A stretch of 64,000 nucleotides of DNA from Botryllus schlosseri (taxonomy: Eukaryota), in assembly GCA_051294905.1 (NCBI GenBank), contig CM119371.1:24120001-24184000 (forward strand). Direction: 5' to 3'. The notes under the pieces were generated by a model. The model ran no database searches, had not been told where the DNA came from, and worked only from the letters and a program-made list of their open reading frames with translations. Positions within the stretch are counted from its first letter, which is position 1. The number at the start of each line of letters is the position of its first letter. Positions 36,496-49,600 of this stretch are shown piece by piece. The position numbers were made by a program, and so were the translations under genes.

Positions 36496-37704
36496 GGGGA
36501 GTTATGGTACCGATGGATCACTGGGACCAAAAATACTTTAAAAATTCTTGATGATAATTACTTGATCACACTCCGTGAACTTGTTTACAATTGCATGCTG
36601 GCAAAATATTTAATCACATACAAAAAAATTCGACGAGCCCGAGCTAAGGGTCTCTGACAGATGTTTTCTATTTTTGGGGGTGTAAACTAAATTTCGATCG
36701 ACTCATACATTTTTCTTTGTAACCTTCAACATGAACAAGCAAGCAATCATTTTTAATGTGAAGTGTAGGGCTTGTATCAGGCTATATAATGGCACATATT
36801 ATTTTATTCAATACCTTCCTTGAGTGGAATTTTTTTCGATTCATGTATGTAATTCGCCGGGTGATGGCCGATGATACAATAGCCAAATCAAGCAAAACAA
36901 TCAAGCATGCTAATCATGCAGCAACTGAAACATACCTACGTACAGAAACTCTTTGCGTAATAATTGCAAGTGATGTTTTACCGATATATAACGAGGTATT
37001 TGGAATTCACAATGTCGATTTACGGGCAATATGTATGTACCCTCAATTTTATAAATTCGAGCCTAAATCGAAACGTGATTTTATGGCAATATTCGAGTCA
37101 TATTAATTCTATTTTTTGACGGTTGCAACTAAATATTCTTCCTTGACTTGCTGTAGCTTAGATTATAATACACAGGAAGAAAAGTTTTCACATCTGAGTT
37201 TTTGAGAGTATGTCTCATAGGTCCCCGGGTCGTGTGCCATTGGACCCACCGGGTGGGGACCGATGATACGTTCGAGCAACAAACATTGAACGTTCATAAA
37301 TATTTTTTGGAAATTACGGATGTTATGTTCGTTCATTTTACGTTGGTATCGTTTGTCTCTTATTAGTCATTACCGCCAATCATTATTTCCTCGTGTGTCG
37401 TGCTTTGTATTTATACCCTGTGTTCTGTTGTCTACTGGTCTTTCGTTTAACTGCACTCGTGATGGTGTCGCCTGTCTCAAGTTATTCTGCTGTATAATAT
37501 ACTGGTTTCATATTGCAACCTAGTCGTATTGAGTTATTGTTCAAACAAGATCAAGAACATAACAACGGATATTCATGTATATATGCGCGATAGGAAGAGC
37601 TTGTATCAAAGTGTTGAGCCAACAAAAGATCTGCTGTTATCAGCTGATTATTTTGAGGTCTTAGATCATTTTCCAATTTTTGATCCATCTGTACCACATC
37701 TCCC
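36496..37704. mobile_element. GGGGAG-TIR MITE (older copy with an internal insert)
   Basis: Colinear with 56188-57149. The empty site is seen at ~16895 in the paralogous block. Confidence 0.88.
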
Positions 37705-37769
37705 TACCTCCATCTAAATGTTCAGGGTTCGACATTGCATGCTACATCAACGAATGCATCTATATATAG

Positions 37770-38397
37770 CAGTGGTTCTTCAGGTGTTGCACGGAACATT
37801 AAGGGTTCCGTGGGCCATGCAGTCTCAGTGTTTTCGCGGAGGTTAAGAGACACAGGTAATTATTGTATGGTTGGTGATGATACTCCCGTCTTGACCATCA
37901 TTGGCAGCTAATAATTATGCCCGATCAATAGACGAATTGTGATTGGTGGTTCGTCGTATGCAGTGGCGTGGACAGGGTAGATTTGGGTTGGAAATCGAAA
38001 CCTTGTCCTTCTGAAATACCAATTTTATGTCCCATATTTATAAGCTCATTTGGTATTAAGTAGTCGGTATAACGCTGTTGCGTTACGACAGAACAATACG
38101 CTGTATCTTTTCAAGGCGTAGCCTCGCGTTTTTGAACTGGTATTTGAAAGGGAAGAGCAGAAGTCACAGTGATTTTCAAATATGTGTTTCTTTTTGTGTG
38201 AAAATTATGTGGTAAAGGTTTTGTCCTTAAGACAAATTCACAGGCCATTCCGTGCTCAAGTAGTAATCTAGAGTGATGTATTATATATGTAGTGGTGTAG
38301 ATTTTCGATTTTATGACTCAGAGAATATTTGGAGTTCCGCAAAGGCCTGCCGACCAGCATAAGTGTATCGCGGGTTAGATAAGGACAGGAACCACTG
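37770..38397. mobile_element. hAT MITE
   Basis: CAGTGGTTC / GAACCACTG ends with a degenerate TSD. A truncated paralogous copy lies at ~16960-17190. Confidence 0.7.
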
Positions 38398-39637
38398 ATG
38401 TATAAGCAGCAAGGCTGAACTCAATTCACCATTCCTATGACATTAACTGTTGCAGTTTTTGAATATCTGTCTAATCCGTCACCATGAATCCTGAAGCTAT
38501 TGACTCCACGGCATTGCCACAGTAAGAAACAAACAAGATATATTTACAATACAGCAAAATATTATTGAGACGGAAAAGAAAACACAAGCAACACGAATGA
38601 AAGACAATTTGTCGTATCAAAAGACATGTCAAATAATGTTAGGATGCCTAACATGAACAATGAAATAACACACTTGGTAATACTCAATACATAGTTCAGA
38701 TCAAATGAAATGGCGAAAGTACCGATACATAGATAAAATAAATGTTACAATGTCCGATAAACTGATCGGCCGAAAAGGCGTCGTCATATAGCAACATGTA
38801 TTGTCGTTTGCCGTTTTGAGAAAACATAAAACTTTTTAACATTACAAGCATGATGACATTCTTAACAAACGGGTTGAAATGTTAAATCACAGATTTTCCA
38901 CTTCCAACATATAATCAATACGCTCAATCGTCACAGTTTCAAGACTACAGAGATCAAATACGTATGTGTTTACGTAAAGTCTCACACTGGCCAATGGCCA
39001 CTCACTTTCTAGACACGCCTGGAATATGATGGTTGGCGATGACAAATTAACGTAACTTCCCACCGTAAATGCTGTTCTTTTGTAAAATTGTTTGTATGTC
39101 TAATTTTAATAAGTTATTCTAGTTAGAATTAATCGACACATGGTATACAGCCATTATCACAGGTAACCTATCAATTTGATCATGGTACCGCCATTTCCCT
39201 ATCTTGAAGGTTTTGTAATCTTACAAATGAGCATTTTATTATGATCAATCGTCGGCGTTATCTCAGAACGTGCCGCATCCATCTGTCATATTTTTATTCA
39301 AACAGAGGAAGGTTGTCTGAGTAAACTGGTGTATATTGAATTCAAACAATACAACGCACAATTCCAATGATCAAGCGGGGTGTATTTACGTTGTTTACAT
39401 GTAATTGTTTGTTCAATAAAGCAATAACGGTTCAATTCAGTCGGTACTATGTGGCAGTGTATTAGCTGTTAAGAGGGAAGAGATAAGAAGAGTGAATTGC
39501 TTGACACATATAATCTCCGTCTAATTAGTTTTGGATGCTATTCACAGTTTGATTATGAAGTCTATTTCAGTTGCCGACTCCATCAGAAGAATGAACCCGT
39601 AGTTTTTTTCATCGGGCATCATAGATTATAATTAGTG

Positions 39638-39884
39638 GGGGGGATAGCGCAGTGATGAGCGTCAGCGCCATCTACAGCAGGTGGCCCATATTCGGTTCCC
39701 ATTCGTCGTAGGTTATTCTGGGCTCCTCGTCCCCCGTGTCGATGTTCTTATCGCGACAAAGAGCCAAAATCTGACTGACTCTGAAGGCCTAACGCCCCCT
39801 CGTCCTCTCCCAGTCTATACCGCAATTTGTTTTGTATACTTCTTTATTTATTGATATGACAAAAAAGACTATCTATCTATCTAT
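39638..39884 (+). mobile_element. Decayed tRNA-derived SINE with (TATC)n tail
   Basis: A-box-like TAGCGCAGTGA, B-box-like TTCGGTTCCC, ends in CTATCTATCTATCTA. Confidence 0.5.
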
Positions 39885-40683
39885 AAAAGACCCGACATAG
39901 AAAGACGAAGAGCTAGGAATACCTTCTAAAAATAACCGACGTAGAAGGAATAATATCGAAGAATACTGTGACATCGGGAACTAGGTCGAGATGGATACCA
40001 GTTTAAGAGACTGCAACTGGTTGGTCTTTCGGCACCCCCCTATCTGTTCAATACATCGCATTGTGTGTTGCAGCTGTGGATCATGCCGCTTCGCAATCTA
40101 GCCACTCTTTTGACTGATCGACCCTTGTCCAGGCAGACATATGTCCAATGCCCCCTAAATTATACAGGTGATTCATGATGTTTTTCTACGCTTTCCGTAG
40201 TAATCGTGTTAGTGCTCGAGGTACATACATCTATGGTCGCGTTTTCGTCTAACTTTAGTCATTGTGTTTTTAAAACTGAATTCATCAGATTGATATGTCG
40301 GATGTCACAGACCAGCTATTTGATCATTTGAGTGCAACCAATATATCTAGAACGACTACTAGGCCTATAGAAGACAATCGCCTTTTACTGCAACACAAAA
40401 TTAAATTTTGAATGTGCCGGTAACCCGTAACGTTTTCTGATAGTCATGATATTGTGCAGGACGCGTTTGTGACGCCAAAATTGGTGATCCACAGGTTACA
40501 TGAGTGTTTGTGAACAACACGCGATAAAATCATCGACACTTACAGTCCAGAGTACTCGACTTGTAAGTGCGTTTCCGATAACCAATATCAACACAAAATT
40601 ATTAATGCGACAGGTAACTAGAAAAAACTAGGTGTTGATTACGAAGCGAACACTACAATCAGTGAAGACATTAATCTGTTGCA

Positions 40684-43600
40684 ATGGCAGAAGGAGGTCA
40701 CGACCCACGTCCTCCGAATATCAACCCGTCATTCGACACTGCCGTCGCAAGTGAGTGCTTATCTTCACAACCTGATGCAAGAGAAAAGATCTTTCGATTT
40801 CATCAATAATTTCAGCAGATTCTCCCCCCCTCGATATCTCGATTCAATTTCATCAGTAGGGTTTTCGAATTATGACTGTTAGTCTTTACCTTTACAAGCG
40901 CATAGTGACCAGTGTCGGCACCGTGACCCAAAACACCTAAAACTTGACACACACATCGAATCCCATGTAGCGATTTTGTGCCACATTACGCCACGAATTG
41001 CCAATTGTGACCTCGCCGTTTATTGACATTGTTATATAGATCCATAGGCACAATCCACCACAATACTGATATTGCGAGAAGTCATAATGCCAAAGAGGGG
41101 AAATTATCTCAGCAACCGTAAAGTTATCATCATTTGAAATGAAAATCGTCATTCTTTTTTGGGCGGGAATTCAAGTATCCATAGCCTCGCCTCGAAGCAA
41201 CCTTCAAACTTCAAACTTAACCAATATTTGCTAACAATAACATTGCCAGTTGAAATTCTATTCGTAACATTCCTACGATGTCGTGACGCATGACATGTAG
41301 AAGTGGAAAATTTGAAATAATCAACAGTTTATCGTAGCTGATGATCAATCAACTATTTCAATCTGAAATCATATATAATGGTCTCAATTTCTATAGGGCA
41401 TGGGTGGGCAGACCTTCTTCATGCACGAGCCGCACGTCAAAAATCTTTGCTTTGAAAGAGGCACAAAACAAAAAAAAAAAAAAAATACGAATTCATGACG
41501 TCATAATTGAATGCAAGCTTTTGAATGAAGTCTATTATTGTGTAGTGATACGATTCGTCTCCAATTGGGCTGCAGGGCGTTTGAAATCAGGCTGCTATGA
41601 CGTCTAAGCAGTGCGCAGCATATTCTTCTAGTGCTGATAACAATTTAAGGACGATTTCAGCTCGGTAATCTGGACGACATTTTCTTGGCTTATCTGCAGG
41701 TATTGCTAGCCTTCACATAATACGAATGGATGAGCCCTATTCACTAGTGCTAGCCCAGAAATGGTTGTAACCTGCGCTGCTGTAATTAATTCATTAGTTC
41801 AATGTTGAACACAATGTTTTATCATTGATTGATGACCAGGCATCCATTATTGCGGTTGAGACGTTTATGTGAACCCGATTCGAGAGTTCAATTACAAATT
41901 TCTGACCCTGTAGTGCCACCTTACCATAAATTTTTCAAGTCTTGCGTAAATAACAAGGAACAAAATAACAGGGAAACAATATGCATATTGTTAATACGCG
42001 ATAAAATGCGTCAATATATATTCAATTTAATCCCCTCCAGCAAAATGGCGAACCTCATGTGCATTGTGCAATCATTAATGAGCCGCAATCAAAGGCGGAA
42101 AGAGCCGCATGGGTCTCGCGAGCCGTAGTTTGCCCACCCCTGCTATAGGGGATCTTGATATCAACTCATCTACCGGACGTGTCATTTCAAGTGAGTAGTT
42201 ATTATTACCACGAGATAATAACGAATGAATAACGGAAGACCAATAATTGGCGGATCCATGCTAAGCAGTAACTTTCATACATAAATTGATGCTCGTTGTC
42301 CATTCTTCATTCATAGTAATAACTGTCATGTTTGATTCCTATTGTTTTTCAAGATGGGAAGTTTTGCTATGGATGGTGGGTTTATATTGTTTAATCTTTT
42401 ATAGAATCAATTTGTTCCGACTTGGAGAATTCCTAAATATTCGACATACCAATTGAAATCTTCTGACCTAACGTTTTGTATCATCTTAGGGCATGCAATA
42501 TTGGCTGAAGGTGATCACGTCATTCAAGACTTTCGAAATGCTACCGTGAACGTTGTTGCAGGAGACCAGTACACCACGGTCATTAATGGTAAGCACAGAT
42601 GGTCAGTAACGTCGTAACGACGTAGGCTACTTCTCCTTTTTCTGAGAGCTCGATTAAGTTTTGCCTCATTGCATTACTTTGTAAGGTTATTATGAATTTC
42701 ATGTGAAACTACTTACTTTTATACGCCGTGTTTACTTTCACACACTTTATAGACATGTTTACGTCTCTTTCACAAGTAAAATTGTCTCCACAAGTGACGG
42801 GAGAATTAGCTCCTGTGTCACAGTGATTGAATATATTTTTGAAAAGTTCACCTGTTTCTAGGGATTATTTTGAGATTTTATGTTGGTGTCGAAGATGCAT
42901 CAGAAATTTTAAAAGTACCCCCTCCTAAATATAAACGTGATCTCAAGTCCAAATTTACTTTTTCAAGTTAGGTAATCGCTTACTCTTCAGATCTATCCCT
43001 TTCCCCGCCCAATTGAAGCATACTATTCATAGTTTAGCAGAAATTTTGTAGCGGTATCTCGATTTCTACTTAGGATCAACGTTGCTACCGTGATAATCAC
43101 TGATCATTGGCTGTATGCCTACCGGTGTAATTGTTACGAGATTTACTCAACAAACCCTTGATATCGAAACTAGGAAAACAATACAGTGTATAATTCATAT
43201 TTACCACATCTATTAGCGTACTACGGCATAAGTTTTTGTGTAGCGGCTGTTGTTAAATTTAGCAAAGTACTTTCCACTGTGATACCAATAATATTGTGCT
43301 CACTTCAGGTTGTTCTATTCTGTTGTCGAGGACTCGCACAAAGTTCTAATCAGAGTATTAGACTATAAAAATGTAATTCTCAATTCCACTTACGACTGGA
43401 ACTGTGTTACAGATAAACTGCGGAATATTTATTACAGAGATCCGTGTGGCTAATCTACCTGGCACTTTCGAAAACAAATTAGATCAAGAGCAGATGCGTT
43501 TAGGAGCAGGTAAGTTACTATAGCACTCCATTATAGCTGAATGATGAAGAAATGTGCTACTTGTAGTGAACGACGCATTTACCAGTATATGAGAAATATA

Positions 43601-46600
43601 ACAATGAGTTAGAGCTGGTTTTATGCAGAGGCGGTCAGTAACGAAGTATTTTCACAAGTCCACTACTTCCTACTGAAGTGATTATATTTCGAATCACGTC
43701 TACTTACACTTGACGGTATTCAATTTTCTATGTGAAACTAGGCCTACAATATCTATTTGATACTTCTTCTTGGGTTGAAGTTTACGAGGTTACTTCAACT
43801 TTTACTTGTGTTGCAACTGTGCGCTAATAGCTACGATGGCTGCTCTGACCACAGTTGGTGCAGTTCATAAATTTCATCCTTCAGTGACTTCCTACATACT
43901 GATATTGCTATTGGCAGCGTGACTATTTGATACTCAAGTCCATGACAGATCGCTCCTGATATACCCCTGTTATACCAACTTGACCTAGCCCGCCATGGAA
44001 TAACTGACAGTCCTTATCATCACATAAAAAGTCCAATATTAACTCGACGCGTATACTAAAAAGCCACTACTCGGAATCGAATCAGTTAACCGTTTGATTT
44101 CGTTTAATCACGAAGTTCGGGTCCAGTGGTCCCCAACGTCGGCGATATCGCCCCCAAGTGGGCGATTTTGAGAAACCAGGGGCAAAATACCAAAGGGGCG
44201 ATTAGGAGGCGAAAATGTTAGAACGTCCTGTGAGGTATATTTAATTAACACGGCCACAAACGCACGTGAAGATGGTTTATTCTGCATATGACGCGAAAGT
44301 TCCATAAAAAAGTCAACTCAACAGAAAGTATAGACGCGGAAACCGGTTTTCCAAGCACCTACTCGAAGAAATGGCCTATTTCGGGCAATTCTCTAGTGAT
44401 CAGAGTTTGGTGAATAAATTTCCCGTGGATTTGCCGCGTTTTTTCGAATCCGTAAATATGTGAGGAGGGGGGGGGGCGAAGCTTTTGTGTCGAGCTTGCT
44501 AAGGGAGCGATGAATCGAAAAAGGTTTAGAACCACTGTTCTAGTCTAATCTAGTTTTTCGACCCTGAAGAGACTCCTGGATGTTAAAAAACTCCAGCATA
44601 TATATTCAATTACAGAATCAAGGGATGTCAATGCATGTCAGGGTACATAGGCTATTTGTCTCCTTCAGATGCGATGTCACCACGAATGTTGATGATATTC
44701 CTCGATCAGAATTTAACAAAATCGGTATTTTTCTATCAGTCAATGCTTATTAGAAAGTTCAAGGCTCTGTTTTGAATATTGCACGTAAATAAAATAGATT
44801 TGATCCGCGCGCTCATCTCATTTCCGATTAATTTTTAGAAATGGCGTTTCTAGCAAAGACTAGGCTACATCTGCGAAAAGAAGTTGGAGAAATCGAAATG
44901 CCCGCTCGTCCCACAACAATGGTGATTGATATGCAAACGGCCAATGACGCCAATTTCGGGAAAGCAGGTCATAGTGATAACAACAATGTATACGGTCGCG
45001 ACGTTGAACTTACCTCTTATGTCCAATTTCACGATCCCGTGAAAGGTAACGCTCCCAGGCATGTTATGATCCTCGGAGAAGCTGGGGCGGGCAAAACAAC
45101 CATATCAGGAATGTATTGTTTGGCTGTAGCTGATGGAAAAGTTAACACCCTTAACAGTGTCAAACTTGTTCATTATGTTCAGGCGGCCCGCCTTCACAGC
45201 TTAAGTGCCGCGAATGCCTTTGATGTAATATTCACCGAGCAAATGGCTAACGATTCAAAGACTGAATTGAGTGTGACCGAGAGAGTAGCTGGAGCAAGCT
45301 GGTTGGAAGAGAATTCAGAAAAACTGTTATTGGTAATTGACGGTCTAGATCAGTGCTTAGATAACTATGCAGCGCATAATCCTCACAGAACCATTCAACA
45401 AAATGATTCGAGAGTCAATAATATTATTGCAAGAGTCGTGGGCGGAGACAGATGGCGTCGTGCACGCATATTGACTACGTCGCGGGTGAATATTTATTGG
45501 AATCTGACTGCTGAGCAGAAACCTGACAAAGTAATTGGCATGAGAGGACTTGACGATGAAAATCTCAAGTTGGCGGCATCAGGACACTCTGTTGACGGGG
45601 ATAAGATGATAGATCAACTTCTAAATACTAATACCTCATTGAAATTACTAAATTTGTGTCGAAATCCCATGTTTCTCAAGTACACCACGAAAATATTCCA
45701 AACGAATAGTGAAAATTTACCAGATAGTATTTCTGGCCTCATGTCAGCATTTTTTCGTAATTTCTTCCGCTTATCCTCTAAAAAATATGATGATATCACG
45801 AGACTCGCTTATAATGGAATGTTGGATAATGTATTCGTTTTCTCGCGCCGTTACTTGGATAACCTGGGAATAAATCCAACTGATCTCAAAGACTTCCTTT
45901 CTGCGGCAGCAAATTCGGAAAAAGACCAATATACCGCTAACACCTTTGACGATGTGTTTGCTTTCGCTCATCAAACAATGCAGGTTGGATACTTTTATGC
46001 ATTTGTTTCAATAGCGTGGTCTAATATAATAATTTCCATCATGACAGATCTGAACTACCTACAGTGAGCAACCAATAGGCCCATGCTATAGGCAATTTAA
46101 CATCGTTGTGTATATTTCCAGTTCCCAATCATTTAGTCAGACCAACGACGAACATTTTCGTTTAGATTAATGAAATTACAATTATTCACCCGTCAACGCC
46201 ATAACAGCCGTGAGAACCCTTTGGATACACTGGGACCCATCATTACTGATACTTATGAACATGATTCTAGCAATGATGTCTCAGTGTGTAAATAGATTGG
46301 TAAACGACTGTTGAATATCCTATGTAATACACCACCTAAATTTTAAGATGGTACCATAAAAACATTGATACATTCATCTTGTGTTCCTCAGAGATATCCC
46401 TTAATCATTTACCGAAGCAAGATTTTGCCGACACAGTAAAAGTTGCAATCACGTTTATTCAATGAACAAACCTTAAACTGTTTTCGACACACAATAAATC
46501 AACAAAGGTATAGGGACATACAGAAAATATTTATCAGAAAAAGTAATTAGTGAACACCTTTTAGTAATTCCACAACCATTCATCAAACATATTTGAGCTT

Positions 46601-49600
46601 AGATTCGAAAAAAGCTTCCAAAACTATTTTTAACACGAATTAGAATATCATGCAGCAACAAAATACGCGCAGTATTAATATTACACTAAACTAGAACGCG
46701 AACGATATTAGAATTTTAGCATGACATTTATTTATGTTTATTTACTTGATATATTGGTAATGTTACGTAAAGGTTTTGCACATACATCGGCACGCCGTGA
46801 ATATACGGTATCAACAGGGTGCAGAGGAGCCGATAGGACATGAGTGGGCAAACTTTTGAGCTCGCGGGCCGTATTCAACATCTGAATCCATTCGCGGGCC
46901 GCACTATATAAAATGCGATTATAAACCAAAACGTAATATTGGTATTTGATAATATAGTGAGGGCATGGAGATAATATATGTTCTTAAACAAAACAAACAT
47001 TGCTTTGATGACATCGTACACGCGTCAGAAAGATAGTGGCGTGATTTCATAGGCTGGTCGACCTCAATTACCAATTTCTCAAAACTATAGAGATGAAAGT
47101 CGGTTGTCCCGATTCTTAGAACAGGATTGAAATTTAAATTTGTGAGCAGCGATCTGTTCATAGATTTACTAATTCCACTTGTGGTTCAGTTCCGTGAAAG
47201 ATGATGATGGTGAAAGATTTCGCGCCCCTTATCGTCACATCACAAAACGTAACCATGTTGCTAGCAACCTAACGGATAGTCGGATGGCATGGAAGGTTAC
47301 GACTATGGATGAGAGGTTTTAAATGTGAAATTCAGACTAAATACAGAGCAAGAATTATGAAATTGTTGGTAAATCGCGAATTTTTTTTTAGTTGAGCTCA
47401 GCTTCGCGCCCCACTTCTGATGCTTTCACGCACCCCCAGTTTGAGAACCATGCACTGCTTAGAATTATCATGGTGAAATATACCAAGAAATAGTTTAATC
47501 AAGTCTCTGCATTATTTCGATTTTTAGTAGCGCATTTTATCAATCTTTTTAAAAAGTTTCTTTAGACTCTCGCGGGCCGCACAGAACGGTGTGGCGGGCC
47601 GTAGTCTGCCCACCCCTGCGATAGGATTATGGAGGTTTTTATTGTGCTATATAATAGATAGAACGTGCCCCCTTCATCTCTTATGTTTCAATGTCAGAAT
47701 TTATGCGTATTTCTTCGTCGTATGCTCAGGAATTTTGCTGCGCATTGTATATCCCGAGTCTTGGCCTTACGGAAATGAAGAAATTTCTTACACATCATCT
47801 AAATCAAAGCGGAATGGAGTTGACCAGACAACTTTTATACGGATTGATTCTCAATGATAAAGTGACTAATCCAATGAGGAAATACCTAGCCGGTATGTTT
47901 ATGTGGCACTTGAATACTGTTACGCTTACTTTATTGCGTATTTTCCGATATCAGTGACGATAGGATGCGCCACGCACCACCCCATATATTTCCATTGATG
48001 GCATGCGTTATTGCGACCACCCAATAATGTTTGTTTGCGAGTATATAAAGCAAAAACTGTTGATAGAACTGACATATCGTAATCTCAAAAATCGAGTTAA
48101 CGAATGCATTTCGAGTTGGAGCAAGAAAATGATTGAACCGGTGTCATCGGAAATCCAAAATAATCCGTGTCACAACTACAAATGTAGCTACAAATATCAA
48201 AATAATTTCGCATCAATAAACCATCCTCTATATGCCTCGGGGTCGTCAACTCAAGAGCATGTCGCGTGCCGCTTTTAAAATTTGGTATGGGCCGCGAGCC
48301 ACAAAAATTCAATATCGAGACAAAATAGGACATAGATTTAGCAACCATGATATTCAATCCTTACGTCAGTACAACGTCGTGCCCTCTAACATGAGCGGCG
48401 GAAATAGTTCCAACAAAGGAAGTAATATTTTAATAATGAAATAAAAATTCAACAAAAACACCATGATTATCAATTCACTTTATTTTGATCTATGAGTTGC
48501 TCACGGTACCTGACAACACTTCTCAGCGACTAATGAATCTATATGGCGGCTGGTGAGAGACGGCGGTACTATCTGGAAGACTATCTCCTGGTAAAGCTTG
48601 ATCTGGTGGTGAAGACCTAAGCCGTTTCGGTCTTGGCCGTGTCTGGGCCATCGCACGTCAAGACAATATGCCCATTCATATCAGATGGTTATCTCTTGAC
48701 GGAATGATGTTTCCATCCCCAAAGTTGTTTCAGCTTGTGAGGAATAGTCATAATGGGTACAGTAGTAGAGCTTTTTTGAAACAGCAACAACAATATTTTC
48801 AACTGAAGTAATTCAGCATTTTAATTAGCGTTTTTCAAAAATCAGATCGCGGGCCTCAAAATATGACCTCACGGTCCGCATGTGGTCCGTAGGCCGCGTG
48901 TTCGTGACCCTTGGTAAATATCTTCAACAGTTTATCTCGGAACCGTAAAAACCGATTATATAACACCGTAAGACATATCGTCGTGTTGTGGTATGTGCGA
49001 AATATTATATCGCTACACCAACTCTCTCATTAAGTTATTTTCTCGTGTTAAATTCGAACCACGCTACGCTGGTCAGTGCATTTCTTTGTTTAACTTCATC
49101 AATATTGATACTAACATGACGTTGCGTGATTCACAGGTCACAAGTCCTCGATCCAGGCGTGTCGCGATATGATATTAGAACAACTACTTAGCATGGTGAA
49201 GGATGGCGCAATACGGAAAATTCAGACTGTTCGTCTACTGAGCGAGTGTGGAGAAAATACATTTCAGAAAATAGAGGAGCACGTTCAACAAGTTACAATC
49301 ACTACTAGAGACCTGCTGTACAGTGACCAACTTTTATTAGTATTATTGATAAAAAGGCTTTCACCCCTTGCATCCGTGCTCGTTTGGCAAATCACTCTGG
49401 ATCCATCGATGATATCGTATGTTAAAGACTGTCTCACCGTTGTTGATTTATTCGAGGTAACTGAAATAGGCCTATCAACCAATTTACTCGAAGTTAGCGT
49501 ATTTCAATTGAAGTATTATTCTCTTATGTTTTATTTTCATTGGTATTCATTCGTCGACTTCTTCTAAAAGGCTGGTTATGAGGTCATGGATTCCGTGAAA

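Noticed and set aside
40937..41152. Antisense ORF with RHIM-like INGEVTIGN as a partner for the NLR motif
   Set aside because: Short, with no effector domain and no splice or homology support. Probably chance.
42354..42375. Alternative NLR first coding exon MGSFAMD
   Set aside because: It is phase-compatible with the next exon but has a weak donor, and it is out of frame with the upstream MAEGG exon chain. Not excluded as a minor isoform.
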